Shown piece by piece: positions 1 through 12,405 of a stretch of 64,000 nucleotides of DNA. The stretch is taken from contig JAWMAR010000064.1 of assembly GCA_036785375.1 (NCBI GenBank), positions 1,054,001 to 1,118,000 on the forward strand, read 5' to 3'. The notes below the pieces were generated by a model. That model searched no databases and had not been told where the DNA came from. It worked only from the letters and a program-made list of their open reading frames with translations. The position numbers and the translations under genes were made by a program. The number at the start of each line of letters is the position of its first letter. Positions within the stretch are counted from its first letter, which is position 1. Origin of the DNA: Leucoraja ocellata. Taxonomy: Eukaryota.

Positions 1-1255
1 ACTCAGAATCGAACCTGTGTCTCTGGCGCTGTAAGGCAGTGACTCTACCACTGCTCCACTGTGCAGCCCAATACATTCAGATATACATTCATGGATGAAT
101 ATTACTAATGACCAAGTATTAATGAACATGACACTAAGGATAGGAGAAAATCTAGGGCAGTCATGTATTCTGAAACAACTATATTTACATAAAGTACACA
201 TGTTGTATATATAGAATTTATAACAAACTAAGAATAACTACACTATTGACTTAATTTACAAGTATATATTTTCTAAGAATAGGTACTGACGTTTTACAGT
301 CCCTTAAACGTCCAACTCTTAATACCATTTAAGTGATCTAATTACTTAATACTCGACTGTTTAATCTTCTTAGAAATCCAAGTGAAAACATCTTCAGCTG
401 CAGGCAAAAGGCATCAATATGATTCCATATTGTTTATATTATTGTTCAAAAATGGATTAGGGAATTTGATTAAAATAAGAACACATATCTTGGACCACAT
501 TGTTATGTATTCATGGTCCAAATTGTGGTCAGCAGTAAGTCAGGTTGTTCAATGAAAATAGATTCACCAGGTGATTGTATCGTGCTAATGAATATTTTCT
601 AACTGAGTAATAGGGAAACATGAGTAAAGACGATTTTGAGACCTGTAAAACAACTATTATTAGATGACTCTTACATCTGGTATGTTTTATTGAAGCCAAA
701 TGCACACCTTTACACATTTGGCCAAGATAGTGAGCAATATCTGCATCCAACCAAAGAGATTAGCCAGATACCATATAGTAAACACTGGCGACAACATATC
801 ATTTTAACATCAATAAATCAAGCAGCTGAGTATAGAGATGACTAATGTCCCAGTCGTGCTTGATGTTTTTCCTTATCTTGGTTCTCAATTCTGGGAATTC
901 CGCCAGGAAAAAGTTGTTACCTGCAACAACAAGTCAGTGTGTCTTCAACACTTCTGCAATGAGTGGGAGCTTGCATTGTCATGTCATAAGGGATAGGAGC
1001 AGAATTAGGCCATTTGGCCCATAACTCTACTCCGCCATTTAATCATGGCTGATCTATCTCTCCCTCCTAACCGCATTATCCTGCCTTCTCTCCATAAATT
1101 CTGACACCTGTACTAATCAAGAATCTATCTATCTCTGCCTTAAAAATATCCACTGACATGGCCTCCACAGTTTTCTGTGGCAATGAATTCCACAGATTCA
1201 CCACCCTCTGACCAAAGGAATCCCCCCTCATCTCCTTCCTAAGAGAACATCCTTA

Positions 1256-1448
1256 TGGGCCTGTCCCACTTAGGCGACTCTTTAGGCGACTACCAGGGCC
1301 TAATTTTAATGGAATTCACGCATGACACCTGGCGACAACCTACGACAACCTACGACAGCAGAAATTGTCGTCATTGTGCCAAAAATTTTCAACATGTTGA
1401 AAATTTTGCGGCAGTCGCCTAAAAAATCGCCTAAGAGGGACAGGCCCA
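1256..1448. mobile_element. PIF/Harbinger-type MITE
   Basis: TIR TGGGCCTGTCCCACTTAGGCGA; TTA TSD on both sides. Confidence 0.85.
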
Positions 1449-1958
1449 TTAGATTCACATCATCACAGGCTGAGGCAGTTCTCTATTACAAAAAAACAGG
1501 AGTTGAGAGAATAATTTTGGAATACGTTAAACATCCAATTTAATTTCCTGTTTTAATTTTTTTATGGAATTTTTTTTTCCAAGTGAAACTAAAAGTGCAC
1601 TTTTGCAAAGTGCATGGGTGTCCTCCTACTCATGCGGGACCATCTGCAATGTTGTCTACATGACCTTGGGTACTTCTTGGATAACGGATTGTGAGGGTGA
1701 GATGTACCGCATTTGTTGGACACTGCTCTGGAAGATGGTACCACAGAAATCTATGTTGCAGCAGTACCTGCCTTCATCTTTAGACCTTAGACTTTGGAGA
1801 AACAGCATGGAAACAGGCTGATGCAAGGGAGCAAGATCAAGGGTTTGACTAGTAGAACAGAAAAAGGCTGTTTAGTTACAAATCAGATTTATGGGCAAGA
1901 GAGAGAACAACAATACTTGTCATAGTATGTGCGGGGTCCAGTTTTACAGCAGCACACC

Positions 1959-1960
<2 letters not shown>

Positions 1961-2002
<42 letters not shown>
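1961..2002. repeat. (CT)n microsatellite
   Basis: Direct inspection. Confidence 0.95.
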
Positions 2003-2004
<2 letters not shown>

Positions 2005-4321
2005 TTCTGTCCGCAGCGCTGATCGCGACTCAGTCCGTTGGTAAACCCGTCTCGTACATGAACTAACTTATGGCGTACCGGCGCCTGCCTATATACAGAT
2101 ATCAGCTGTTGAAATAACCGCCAGTACGTCCTGGCCAATAGCGCTGCTCGCAAATTCAAACTATAACCAATGGCAGGGGACATCCGAGCGAGGCCCCCCC
2201 CCCCCCTTTGGGAACAAAGCGCAATTAGCCGCAGACTGGCGTGTAAAGCAATACACAGCGCTACAGACTTGGCACGTAAAGGTAATACACACTGCGCTGC
2301 CGGGTTGGCGCACAAAGGTTTAAGCAAAGTGATGTCAGCTTAGGGTGTGGGATTTAAACAAATAGCTGCCAGCTGCAGCGCAATGGGTTCTAAATATAGC
2401 GCTACCGGGCAGGCCAATAACGCTCTGGGCTTTAAACATAGCATTCTGGGCTTTAAACATGGCTCACGCTGTGGGTTGCACACTGTTCGGGCAAAATTCA
2501 CGTATAACACAGGCCCTTTGGCCCACCGAGTCTGCGCCAACCAATGATCACCTTGAACACTAGCACTATCCTACACAGTAGGGACAAAGTACAATTTACA
2601 GAAGGCAATTAACCTACAAACCTGTACGCCTTTGGAGTGTGGCAGGAAATCTGAGCAACTGGAGAAAACCCACGTGGTCACAGGAAGAGCGTACAAATTC
2701 GTACAAACAGCACGCATAGTCGGGATCGAAACCGGTCTCTGGTGCTGTAGGGCAGCAACTCTACAGTTGTGCCACTGTGCTGCCCAAGGCACAGGTGTCA
2801 GGGCATCAAGTACAGGAGTCGGGACACCATATTACAGCTGTACCTGACATTAGTTAGGCCGCATTTGGAGTACCATGTACGCATGTACCATGTACCATTC
2901 TGGTCTCCCTGCTCATTAAACTGGAAAATGGGCAAAAATGATTTTGGGAGAATGATTTTGGGAGACTGGGTATGGAGGGTTTGAGTTAGAAGTAGAGACC
3001 AGGGAGGCTAGGACATTTGTCCCTGGAACATGGGAGTTTGAGGTGTAACCTCTTTGAGGTTGATAAAATAAATATAGTGAATAGCCTCAGTATTTCCCCA
3101 AGGGTAGGGGAGTCTAAAATTAAAGGGGACAGATTTAAACTGAGAGGGGAATAATGTAACGGAGTTGTGGAGCACAGGGGCTGCATATGTGGAACAAAGG
3201 TGTCATAGGACGTGGTGGAGTACAATTCCAACTTTTAAAAGACACTTGGGCAGATACTTGGACAGGAGAGATTTGGAGGGATATAGGCAATAAACAGTAG
3301 GTGCAGGAGTAGGCCAGAGAACCGGCCTCCACCGCCTTCCTGAGGCAGAGAATTCCACAGACTCACAACTCTGTGTGTGAAAAAGTGTTTCCTCGTCTCT
3401 GTTCCAAATGCTTTACCCCTTATTCTTAAACCCCTGGTTCTGGACTCCCCCAACATCGGGAACATATGGGCCAGCCGCAGGCAAGTGGGACTATCTCAAT
3501 TAAGTTTTGTCCTGGATGAGTTGATCCAGAGCCCTTGTTTGACTGCTCTATGATTCTAATTATTCCCCCTTTGAAAAGAGAATTATGAAAATACCAGAAA
3601 TGTCATTTCAATGGAGATTCGGGACAGAGTCTTCTATAGGCTCTAGCTTTGCTATGATCAGATGTGTACATCGGATTCATTATGTTAATTTGAAAACTCA
3701 TAATTATTGAAATTGGAGAACTGCTTGACATGAATAGGTTTTAAAATACAAGAAAATAAATTTATGTCCCATTTACACAAACATATTATAACTGCGTTCT
3801 CACTTAACACAGTTTTGCTTATCTGGTTACTTTCAATGTTTACTTTCCATTCTATTCAGTTTAAATCATTGGTTAATTATTTTTCTAATAATGAAAGCAA
3901 CCTTAAATTATCCTCTCTCTCCTTTCTTCCTATCTCTGATATCTCTCCACCCTTTCTTGATTTCTGACTCCATTACAAGGGACAGACTATCAACTGATGT
4001 CTACTACAAACCTACCAACCCACAATTATCTGGACTACACTTCCTGCCTCTTCCTAAATTCAATTCCTCCATCTCCATCACATCTGCTCCCAAGATGAGG
4101 CTTTCCAATCTAGGAAATCTGAGATATCCTCTTTCTTTATAAGCATGATTTCCCCCACTGCTGTCATGGAAGATTCCCTCACCGTATCTCCTCTGTCTCC
4201 CGTAGTTCTGCACTCGCCTCACCTCACCCCAGACAGATCAAGGATATTCCCCTGGTCCTCATCTTTCACCCCACCAACCTCCACATCAAACATAAAATCC
4301 TCTAACATTTAGTGACCTGAC

Positions 4322-4646
4322 AACGGAGCTGTGGCGTTCCGGCAGCAGCGGCGACCCGACCTCGGAGGGTCGACCACGGGCCCGGTGGACGACAGCGTCG
4401 GGAGCTCACAGGTCGCCTCGGAGCAGAGGGAGAACAAGGAGGGAAGAGACAAGGACTTTAAGATTTTTGCCTTCCATCACAGTGAGGAGGTGCCTGGTGA
4501 ACTCACTGTGGTGGATGTTAAATTTGTGTTTATTGTGTGTTTTTGTCATTTTTATTATATGTATGACTGCAAGGCAACGAAATTTCGTTCAGCCCGAAAG
4601 GTCTGAATGACAATAAAGGCTACTTTGACTTTGACTTTGACTTTGA
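4322..4646 (+). mobile_element. Truncated copy of the CpG-rich non-autonomous retroelement
   Basis: Matches 33690-34108; AATAAA plus (ACTTTG)n tail; nested in a PLE. Confidence 0.7.
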
Positions 4647-4870
4647 TTTCTATCGCCTTCAGCGTGATCCCACCACCAGTCATATTTTCCCATCTCCACC
4701 CCTATCCAACTGCCACGGAGTCGGTTTCCTCTGCAACTCCTTGGTTTACTCATCCCTTCCCAACCCAAACCATCCTGTTCCCAAGTACTTTCCCCTGCAA
4801 CCACAGGAAGTGTAACTCCTATACACTATATCTCCTCCCTCACCTACAACAAGGGACCCAGGAGTCTTTC

Positions 4871-4924
4871 AGGGTGGGAGATTGCAACCTTCACGTGGTC
4901 CTCCCTGTTTCAACGAATGCAATC
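4871..4924 (+). ncRNA. Second copy of predicted HDV/CPEB3-like ribozyme
   Basis: AGGGUGG GA GAUUGCA ACC UUCACGU GGU CCUCCCU GU UUCAA CGAA UGCAAUC; same topology, one U-U mismatch in P1 and A-U at position 1. Confidence 0.7.
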
Positions 4925-5015
4925 AACCCGACGTGCGCAATCAAATAAGATCAAATAGGACAAGTTGTCTTACAACTTTAGGCTGTGCACGTCATACGCA
5001 AGAAGAAGAAGAAGA
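4871..5015 (+). mobile_element. ~140-nt ribozyme-headed retroposon, (GAA)n tail, nested in a Penelope-like element
   Basis: Homologous to 60507-60645; ends CGCAAGAAGAAGAAGAAGA; interrupts the PLE with a degenerate target duplication. Confidence 0.8.
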
Positions 5016-6424
5016 TGAAGCAGTCCATCCAGATGAGACAGAGGCTCACGTGCACCTCCTCTAACCTCAACTACTGTATCTGGTGTTCCTGATGTGGCCT
5101 CCGGTACATTGGCGAAACCAAGTGTAGGTTGGGCGATTGTTTTATCGAACATGCTCTCGGTCCGCCAAGCCCTACCGGATCTCCAAGTTGCTAACCACTT
5201 TATCTCACCTTTCCATTCCAAAACTGACCTTTCTGTCCTGGGCCTCCTCCATTGTCAGAATAAAGCCACACACAAACTGGAGGAACAACGGCTCATGTTT
5301 TGTATGGGTAGCTTACATCCCATTGATCGGTGTGTTCCAATTTTATGTAACTTCTACCTCCCCCTTCCCCACCCCTTCCCCACCCCTTTCTCCCCCCCTC
5401 CCCCCCCACCCTTTTCACCCAACCCCCCATCCCCCTGTGCCCCACCTAGACTTGCACCAATTTCCACCCTACCCCTCCACCTATGTTCTTTCCTCTGGCT
5501 TCACAATTTGAAGTACTTTCATCTTTTTGTTTCACACCTTTTTTGTTTCTCTGGCCCTTGTCTAACCGTCTGCCTTTCAAACGACACCCTTGTCCGTGTT
5601 CACCTATGACCTGTCATGCTTGTTCCTGCCACTCCTCTCTTCTAGCTTTCATCCCCCCCCCATTCCCATAATCAGTCTGAAGAAGGGACCTGACCCAAAA
5701 CATCACCTATACATATTCTCCAGGGATGCTGCCTGACCCACTGAGTTACTCCAATGAGTGTGTTTCTTAAATTAACAGAAGTTGGCAGTGATCTACAGTG
5801 TATCTTCAATTAAAAATGGATAAAATCTTAAATCCAATTATATCATCTGAACTAATTTTTTTAAATCTCTATAAATTGGAAATAATCCTAACCACAGATG
5901 AAAGAAATCATATACCTGTAATAAAGGAAAAGAGAATGGCCTGAAACATGGTTGTCCCATGCACTAACATAAAAGAATGAAGTGGGAGTAGACCATTTGT
6001 ACCTTGTGCCTGCATTGCCACCACTGTTTACTATATGATATCTGATCGAATCTCTTTGGTCGAATGCGAATTTTACTCACACTGTTGGCCAAATGAGGGA
6101 AGGTGTGTGTGCGTGTGGTTTCCATAAAACATGCCAGTTGTAACTGTCATCTAATTCCATGTTTCCCAGGTCTCTAACTCTGCTTTATTCATGTTTTTCT
6201 CTTACTCAGTTAGAAACTATGCAATAGCATGATACAATCAGTAAGTGAAGCTACTTCCACTGAGCTAATTCCATGCAAGTAGCGTCACAGGGGTGGTCAA
6301 AAATATTTTCGGCACATTGGCCTTCAATAGTCAGTATTGAATATAGAAGTTGAGAGTTATATTGCGGTTAAATAAGACATTGGTGTGGCTGCGTTTATAG
6401 TATTTTGTTCCGTTTTGGGCACCT

Positions 6425-8860
6425 AAACGTTTGTAATATGGTTTGTAATAAGGTTTGTAATAAGGTGGATGAATTGAATGGGCAGTTAGTAGTTAAGGGA
6501 TATGATATAATTGGAATTACGGAGACATGGCTCCAGGGTGACCAAGGCTGGGAGCTAAACATGCAGGAGTATTCGATATTCAGGAAGGATAGACAGAAAG
6601 GAAGAGGAGGTGGGGTGGTATTGCTGGTTAAAGAGGAGGTTAATGCAATAGTAAGGAGAGACATTAGCTGGGATGCTGTGGAATCTGTATGGGAAGAACT
6701 GTGAAATAGCCAAGGGCAGAAAAGGCTTGTTGGAGTTGTATACGGACCACCAAACAACAGTAGGAAGGTTGGGGATAGCATCATGCAGGAAATTGGGGAT
6801 CTGTGTAGCAAAAGTACAGCGGTAATCATGGGTGACTTTAATCTACATGTAGATTGGGCCAAACAAATTGGTAACAATGCTGAGGAGGGGGATTTCCTGA
6901 AATGTATACAGGATGGTTTTTTAAGCCAATATGTAGAGGAACCTACTAGAGGGCAGGCCATCCGAGACTGGGTATTGTGTAATGAGGAAGGATTAGTCAG
7001 TGATCTTGTTGTGCAAAGCTCCTTGGGCAAGAGAGACCATAATATGGTGGAATTCTGCATTAGGATGGAGGGTAACACGGTTAATTCAGAGATTAGGGTC
7101 CTGAACTTAAAGAAAGGAGACTTTGAAGGTATGAGATGGAATTGGCTAGGATAGACTGGCCAATTATACAAAGGGTTGATGGTGGAGATGCAATGGCAAA
7201 TATTTAAAGATCGCATGCATGAACTCCAAAAATTGTTCATCCCCGTCTGGCGAAAAAGTAAAACGGGGAAGGCAGCTCAACTGTGGCTAATGAGGGAAAT
7301 CAAGGGTAGTGTTAAATCCAAGAGGCCTATAATTTGGCCAGAGGAAGCAGCAAACTGGAAGACTGGGAGAAATTTAGAATTCAACAGGGGACAAAGGGTT
7401 ATTTAAGAGGGGGAAAAAAGAACATGAAAGAAATATACAATAGACAATAGACAATAGAATGCAGGAGTAGGCCATTCGGCCCTTTGATCCATCACCGCCA
7501 TTCAGTGATCATGGCTGATCAGCCCCAATCAGTACCCCGTTCCTGCCTTCTCCTCATATCCCCTGACTCTGCTATATTTTAGAGCCCTATCTAGCTCTCT
7601 CTTGAAAGTATCCAGAGAACCAGCCTCCACCATCCTCTGCGGCAAAGAATTCCACAGACTCACAACTCTCTGTGGGAAAAAGTGTTTCCTTGTCTCCATT
7701 CTAAATGGCTTACCCCTTATTCTTAAACTGCGGCCCCTGGTTCTGGACTCCCCAAGCATCGGGAACATGTTTCCTGCCTCTAGTGTGTCCAAACCCTTAA
7801 CAATCTTATATGTTTCAATAAGATTCCCTCTCATCCTTCTAAACGCCAGAGTGTACAAGCCCAGCCGCCCCATTCTCTCAACATATGACAGTCCCGCCAT
7901 CCTGGGAATTAACCTTGTATACCTACGCTGCAGTCCCTCAATAGCAATAATGGCCTTCATCAAATTAGGGGACCAAAACTGCACACAATACTCCAGGTGT
8001 GGTCTCACTAGGGCTCTGTACAACTGCAGGAAGACCTCTTTGGCACATGTGATGAATAAATCTATCTTGTATCTTGTATCTTGTATTCCATTTGCTTTCT
8101 TCACTGCCTGCTGTACCTGCATGCTTACATTCATAGACCGATGAACAATACCCCCAGATCCCGTTGTACTTCCCCTTTTCCCAACTTTACGCTGAAAAAA
8201 GCTTGCAGGGAATATAAAAACTGACTGAAAAAGCTTCTTTAGATAGGTTAAAAGGAAAAGATTAGTGAAGACAAATGTAGATCCCTTCAAATCAGGTACA
8301 GGTGTATTGATAATGGGAAACAATGAAATGAGAGACTAATTAAATGAGTACTTTGGTTCTGTCTTCGAAGACACTTAGGAAGACACAAACAATCTCCCAG
8401 AAATACTAGGGGACTGAGGATCTAGTGGGAGGGAGGAACTGAAGGAAATTCACATTAGTCAGGAAATGGTGTTAGATAATCTGTTGGGACTGAAGCAGAT
8501 GAATCCCCAGCGTCTGATGGCCACACAAGAAGGTGGTCCTAGAAATCGTGGATGCATTGGTGATCATTTTCCAAAGTTCTCTCGACTCTGGATCAGTTCC
8601 TGTGGACTGGAGGGTAGCCAATGTAACTCCACTTTTTAAGAAAAGTGGGAGAGAAAAAATGGGGAATTATAGACCAGTTAGTCTTACATCGGTTGTGGGG
8701 AAGTTGCTTCAGTTGATTATTAACAATATAATAGCAGCGCATTTGGAAAGCAGCGATAGGATCGGTCAAAGTCAGTATGGATTGATGAAGGGGAAATCAT
8801 GCTTGACTAATCTTCTGGAATATTTTGAGGATATACAAGTAGAATGGATAAGGGAGAGAC
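6425..8860 (+). mobile_element. CR1-type LINE ORF2 remnant (APE endonuclease to RT start), split by an antisense CR1
   Basis: DIIGITETWL, RKDRQKGRGGGV, IMGDFN, DHNMVEF, WRVANVTPLFKK, NYRPVSLTS; stops and frameshifts. Confidence 0.92.
7436..8192 (-). mobile_element. CR1-type LINE 3' end nested antisense in another CR1
   Basis: [15 protein letters not shown]...WNSLP...GTGY*; (CAATAGA)n tail on + strand. Confidence 0.9.
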
Positions 8861-10630
8861 AGTGGTCAAGACCCTTCTCCAGACTGAGCAGATGTGTGTG
8901 ACTGGAGATCTGCTTGCAAAAGGTTATATATCTCATGCATGCTAAAGAGGGCAAACCTAAGCCCGTATCTGGTCAGAGAGGAGAAGAAAGGAGATATCTC
9001 AAATCAAACTGGAAGGGACACATACAGGGCGGAGACCGAAGGTTCAATACTGGACATTTATGAAGTTCCTTTCCATCTAATTATATTTATTTTCCAGCTG
9101 GTTAAAATGTTTGCTTCAGTACTGCATTGGTTTAATTCCACTTTGGTGAGGCCCGCAAAGTTAATGAAGAAGATAAATGGGACCCAAAAAGAAAGTGACA
9201 ATTCTATCCAATAAGTAATATTTTGGAAGGATTGTTCCATGATTACGAAGGATGATTACGAAATTAAATTTAATGTAGTTTCTCTTTTTCAAGAAAATGA
9301 TGTGAAGAAGGCTTCCAGAAGTCATTTGCAATAACAAATCTTCGTTACCAATGCCACATCAAATTATGGTATGTCCTGCTTTACTCCATTTGCGTTGACT
9401 TGTATTCACAATGCCATCAGTTGCTGCTGAATTTGTTCTTATGTGGACATGGGGATAAAATGCACACCAGCAGTCCTGAATAATACATCATGGCCTGTTG
9501 CAGCTGTGTATGGATATTTCCACAGACTCCAGATTACCAAGAAAATCACCACAGAGATGTCCTACAGTTTGTAGGCAGACTTCCAAGCACATCTGACCAT
9601 AGATGCCAGCCCTGTGTAAACCACTATGTAGTTTAATTCCTAGCAAACATGTAGCCCAAGGACCCACATATTTTCAACAGCAATGTGAACTGGCAGCATG
9701 ATTTATTTGCGTGTCTCTAGAAATAATTTAAATAAAGGTGTCAGCAAAATCCTTAGCCCAGGCTTTTTCAACTTCTGCAGAACATCTAGAGTTATAGACT
9801 TCATGGCGTTCTATAAATGCCTCATAAACGTGGTCAGTCTTTCTGAGAGACAGAATGTAAAAGTGTCGCCTACCTACTTTGTCCACATTCAAAAATGCCG
9901 ATCCTGCGCAGTGCCGGTGGTTCAGATGCTGCCTTTGTGACTAAGCAGCTTCCTCTCCATCTTACTGGTGGAATCAAGCATGGTGGGCTTGAAATCAGAG
10001 CAGTTTCTTTGGCAACAATGCCAATGTGGCAGGTTGCCGGTGGATTTTTATCTGTTAAATTCAATGCCAAACAACTGATTGTAGGTTTAAGATGGTGAAG
10101 TTCAGCTGAAGTTCAAACATTGTTTCAGCTTATTGTCCAGGTAACTAGCTTCTTGTCCAGGTAACCAGTATGACGATAGATTAGTAACAAGTTGCTTAAC
10201 TCAGTAAGTTTTGAGTACAGGGGCTATTGGTAAAATCTGTGTCATTTAACGGTATGTATGTTTAACGGAATTTATATGCGGCTAATCTGCATTTAAGCAG
10301 TAAACCAAAACTTGGTGCTTTTTAAAACGGTGCCAGCGTTGAACTACCATTGACTCAGGTGTCTGTTAAAGATTGGATATTTACTCTAGTTTCTGAATGA
10401 GGCAGCCAAAAGTATTCACATTCACATTCAACACGCTTGTTACAGACTTGTACAGACAGAAAACTATGAGCTCCAGCTCTCTGTTCGCTGCCTGACTTCT
10501 CAACTACATTAGATAGCCCACATGTACGTTTGAATGAAGTTCATGTCAAGAGGTTTAAAAAAAAAAGGCGAAAGGGGTGGAGTGATTAAAATTCTCGTGC
10601 TGCTGAGGGTTAGTGGAGGAGGGGAATCCT

Positions 10631-10636
10631 TATAAA
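10631..10636 (+). promoter_or_regulatory. Candidate TATA box of EGF
   Basis: TATAAA preceded by G-rich tracts (GGGGTGGAG, GGAGGAGGGG), ~435 nt upstream of the EGF ATG, in a transposon-free stretch; implies a ~400-nt 5'UTR. TSS not directly observable. Confidence 0.6.
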
Positions 10637-11066
10637 TGCAAGCAAACAAGCACTTTGACTGGAGAGACAAGAAAGACAATTTCATTCAGCAAAGAAAATG
10701 CTTCACTAAAAGGAGTAATGGGGCAGAAATGCATTTATTATTTCTCTTATCTATAGGCTTTATATCTGGAAGAAACTATTGAATTTCCAGCTGATCTGGA
10801 TTCTTTTTTAAACTTGCCAAATCTGTCACAAGGGTGTCAGGCATTTCATACTTTACTTCTACAAAGCTATAGAAACCTCCAAGAGAGTTGGATTTAACAA
10901 AAGTCTAGAGCGCTACAATTTTTTGGAAAAGGGACCCAGGAATTGTGAGAAAATGCTACAGACCTTGTTAAACTTTTTCTAACATTGTCCTTTATCCTTC
11001 TATCCTGAAATTATGTTTAAAGGACAGTGAACTGTGCTTTACAGTTAGGCAAAAACGACAGAGATT

Positions 11067-11187
11067 ATGACAGTCTCATCTCTTCTTGTAGTGATCCTCA
11101 GTATTACTTTGCCTCCTCTCTCTCTTTGCTTGGACTGGAGATGTTCGGATGATTACTATTTAGCTGATGATAACTTCACATGTGCTC
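11067..11187 (+). CDS. EGF: Pro-EGF coding exon 1 (signal peptide + N-terminal Cys pair)
   Basis: MTVSSLLVVILSITLPPLSLCLDWRCSDDYYLADDNFTCA then C|GTAAGT donor (phase 1); hydrophobic leader and W-x-C...N-x-T-C pattern as in mammalian pro-EGF; joins exon 2 in frame. Confidence 0.85.
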
Positions 11188-11903
11188 GTAAGTTCAATCT
11201 TATTTTTATTCGGATACTTTAATGGTTAAATATCAAATAATGATTTAACATCTTGTTTAACATGAAGTAATTTTCCTGATTGATTAAATCATTAATTGAT
11301 AGTCATTGAGTCATAGAGTGATACAGTGTGGAAACAGGCCCTTCGATGTTTATATTTATCATTTAATGTAGAATATTTTTTTGAAACACAGCCAGTATGT
11401 TGGTAAGATTGTTTTTTAATCGATTTAATATTTACATATAATTAAATTTATGATCTTAAAAATATGTCTTCTGTACATTTGTAGTTGAATTTAAATTTTA
11501 AGATTTCAAAAGCTTTCTAAAAATCTTTAGAAAATATTGGTTGTGCAAGTGTGTAGGTGACACTGTTGCTACATTTGGGATCTGTGCACTGCTTATTGTG
11601 TGAATAGAAATTGTCATTGTTAGATATGACAATTTCCCTTTGGAATAATGATTTGAGGTAGGCAGCAAATAACACTGTGTTGGGCATCTGTATATCTGGG
11701 TAACATTTATAATGCCCAACCTAGAGTTGCAGCTTGGTTACTTTCTCCCTGCGACCATCTTCTGTCCTTCAACACCATCAGAATCATAAATCCCCCCAGT
11801 TCCAACCAATGCTGCACAATTCCCCATTATCTTTCAGCTGCTCAAGGCCTAAATCTGGAATTTCAGAGTTATTTGCTGCCTTCTGATGAAAATGAGTGTT
11901 ATC

Positions 11904-12405
11904 TTTTTTTTTTAAATTTGTATTTTTATTAGAAGCAATGCACGGTAGTATAAACCGCGGCATATGACAAACATTTTGTGTACAACTTCTATGTTAATTT
12001 TAACCAGAAAAAGGTAGATCAAGAAAGAGAGAGAGCAAGAGAAGAAAAGAGTGAAGGAAGTAGTGATGTGTAAACCCCTAGTGTACCAGATGGGCAGTCC
12101 AGGGGTGAACAAGTGATAGCCTGTGGAAAAATAAAGACAAAAAACAATAAAACTGTAAAAAAAGAAAGAAAAAAGAGAGAAGAAAAAGAAAACAAGAGAG
12201 AAAAAAGGATATACCTGCGTAAGGATATACCTGCTTCATATCTTACCGCACCCATCACCCAGTTCGTGAATCGGTTTATTTCCAGAATTGTGTTGCACCA
12301 TATTTGTAATAAATCAATAAATGGAGAACATATCTTTAAAAATTGCTCTGATTTTCCTGCTAAGACGAGTCTCATATCTTCTAGATGTAGCGTCTCAGAC
12401 ATGCT
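11904..12405 (-). mobile_element. L1-type LINE 3' end with poly(A)
   Basis: Minus ORF MSETLHLEDMRLVLAGKSEQFLKICSPFIDLL resembles fish-type L1 ORF2 C-terminus; T-rich 3'UTR, AATAAA and A-tail; possible TSD TGTTATCT. Confidence 0.65.

Larger units (their letters stand above)
3870..5760 (+). mobile_element. Decayed Penelope-like element (RT thumb + GIY-YIG), with two nested insertions
   Basis: Fragments LSTDVYYKPT, IPLVLIFHPT, YIGETK, KLEEQRL; ends in the CTGAAGAAGGG terminal repeat. Confidence 0.8.

Noticed and set aside
6395-7240. 281-aa minus-strand ORF
   Set aside because: Antisense shadow of the CR1 endonuclease region.
1-9000. Exons of an upstream neighbour gene
   Set aside because: No non-transposon coding exon recognised on either strand.
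9294-9368. Exon-like segment (tctctttttcaag...ATG|GTATGT) upstream of the EGF promoter
   Set aside because: Stops in all three frames and no partner exon; a non-coding exon cannot be supported without RNA data.
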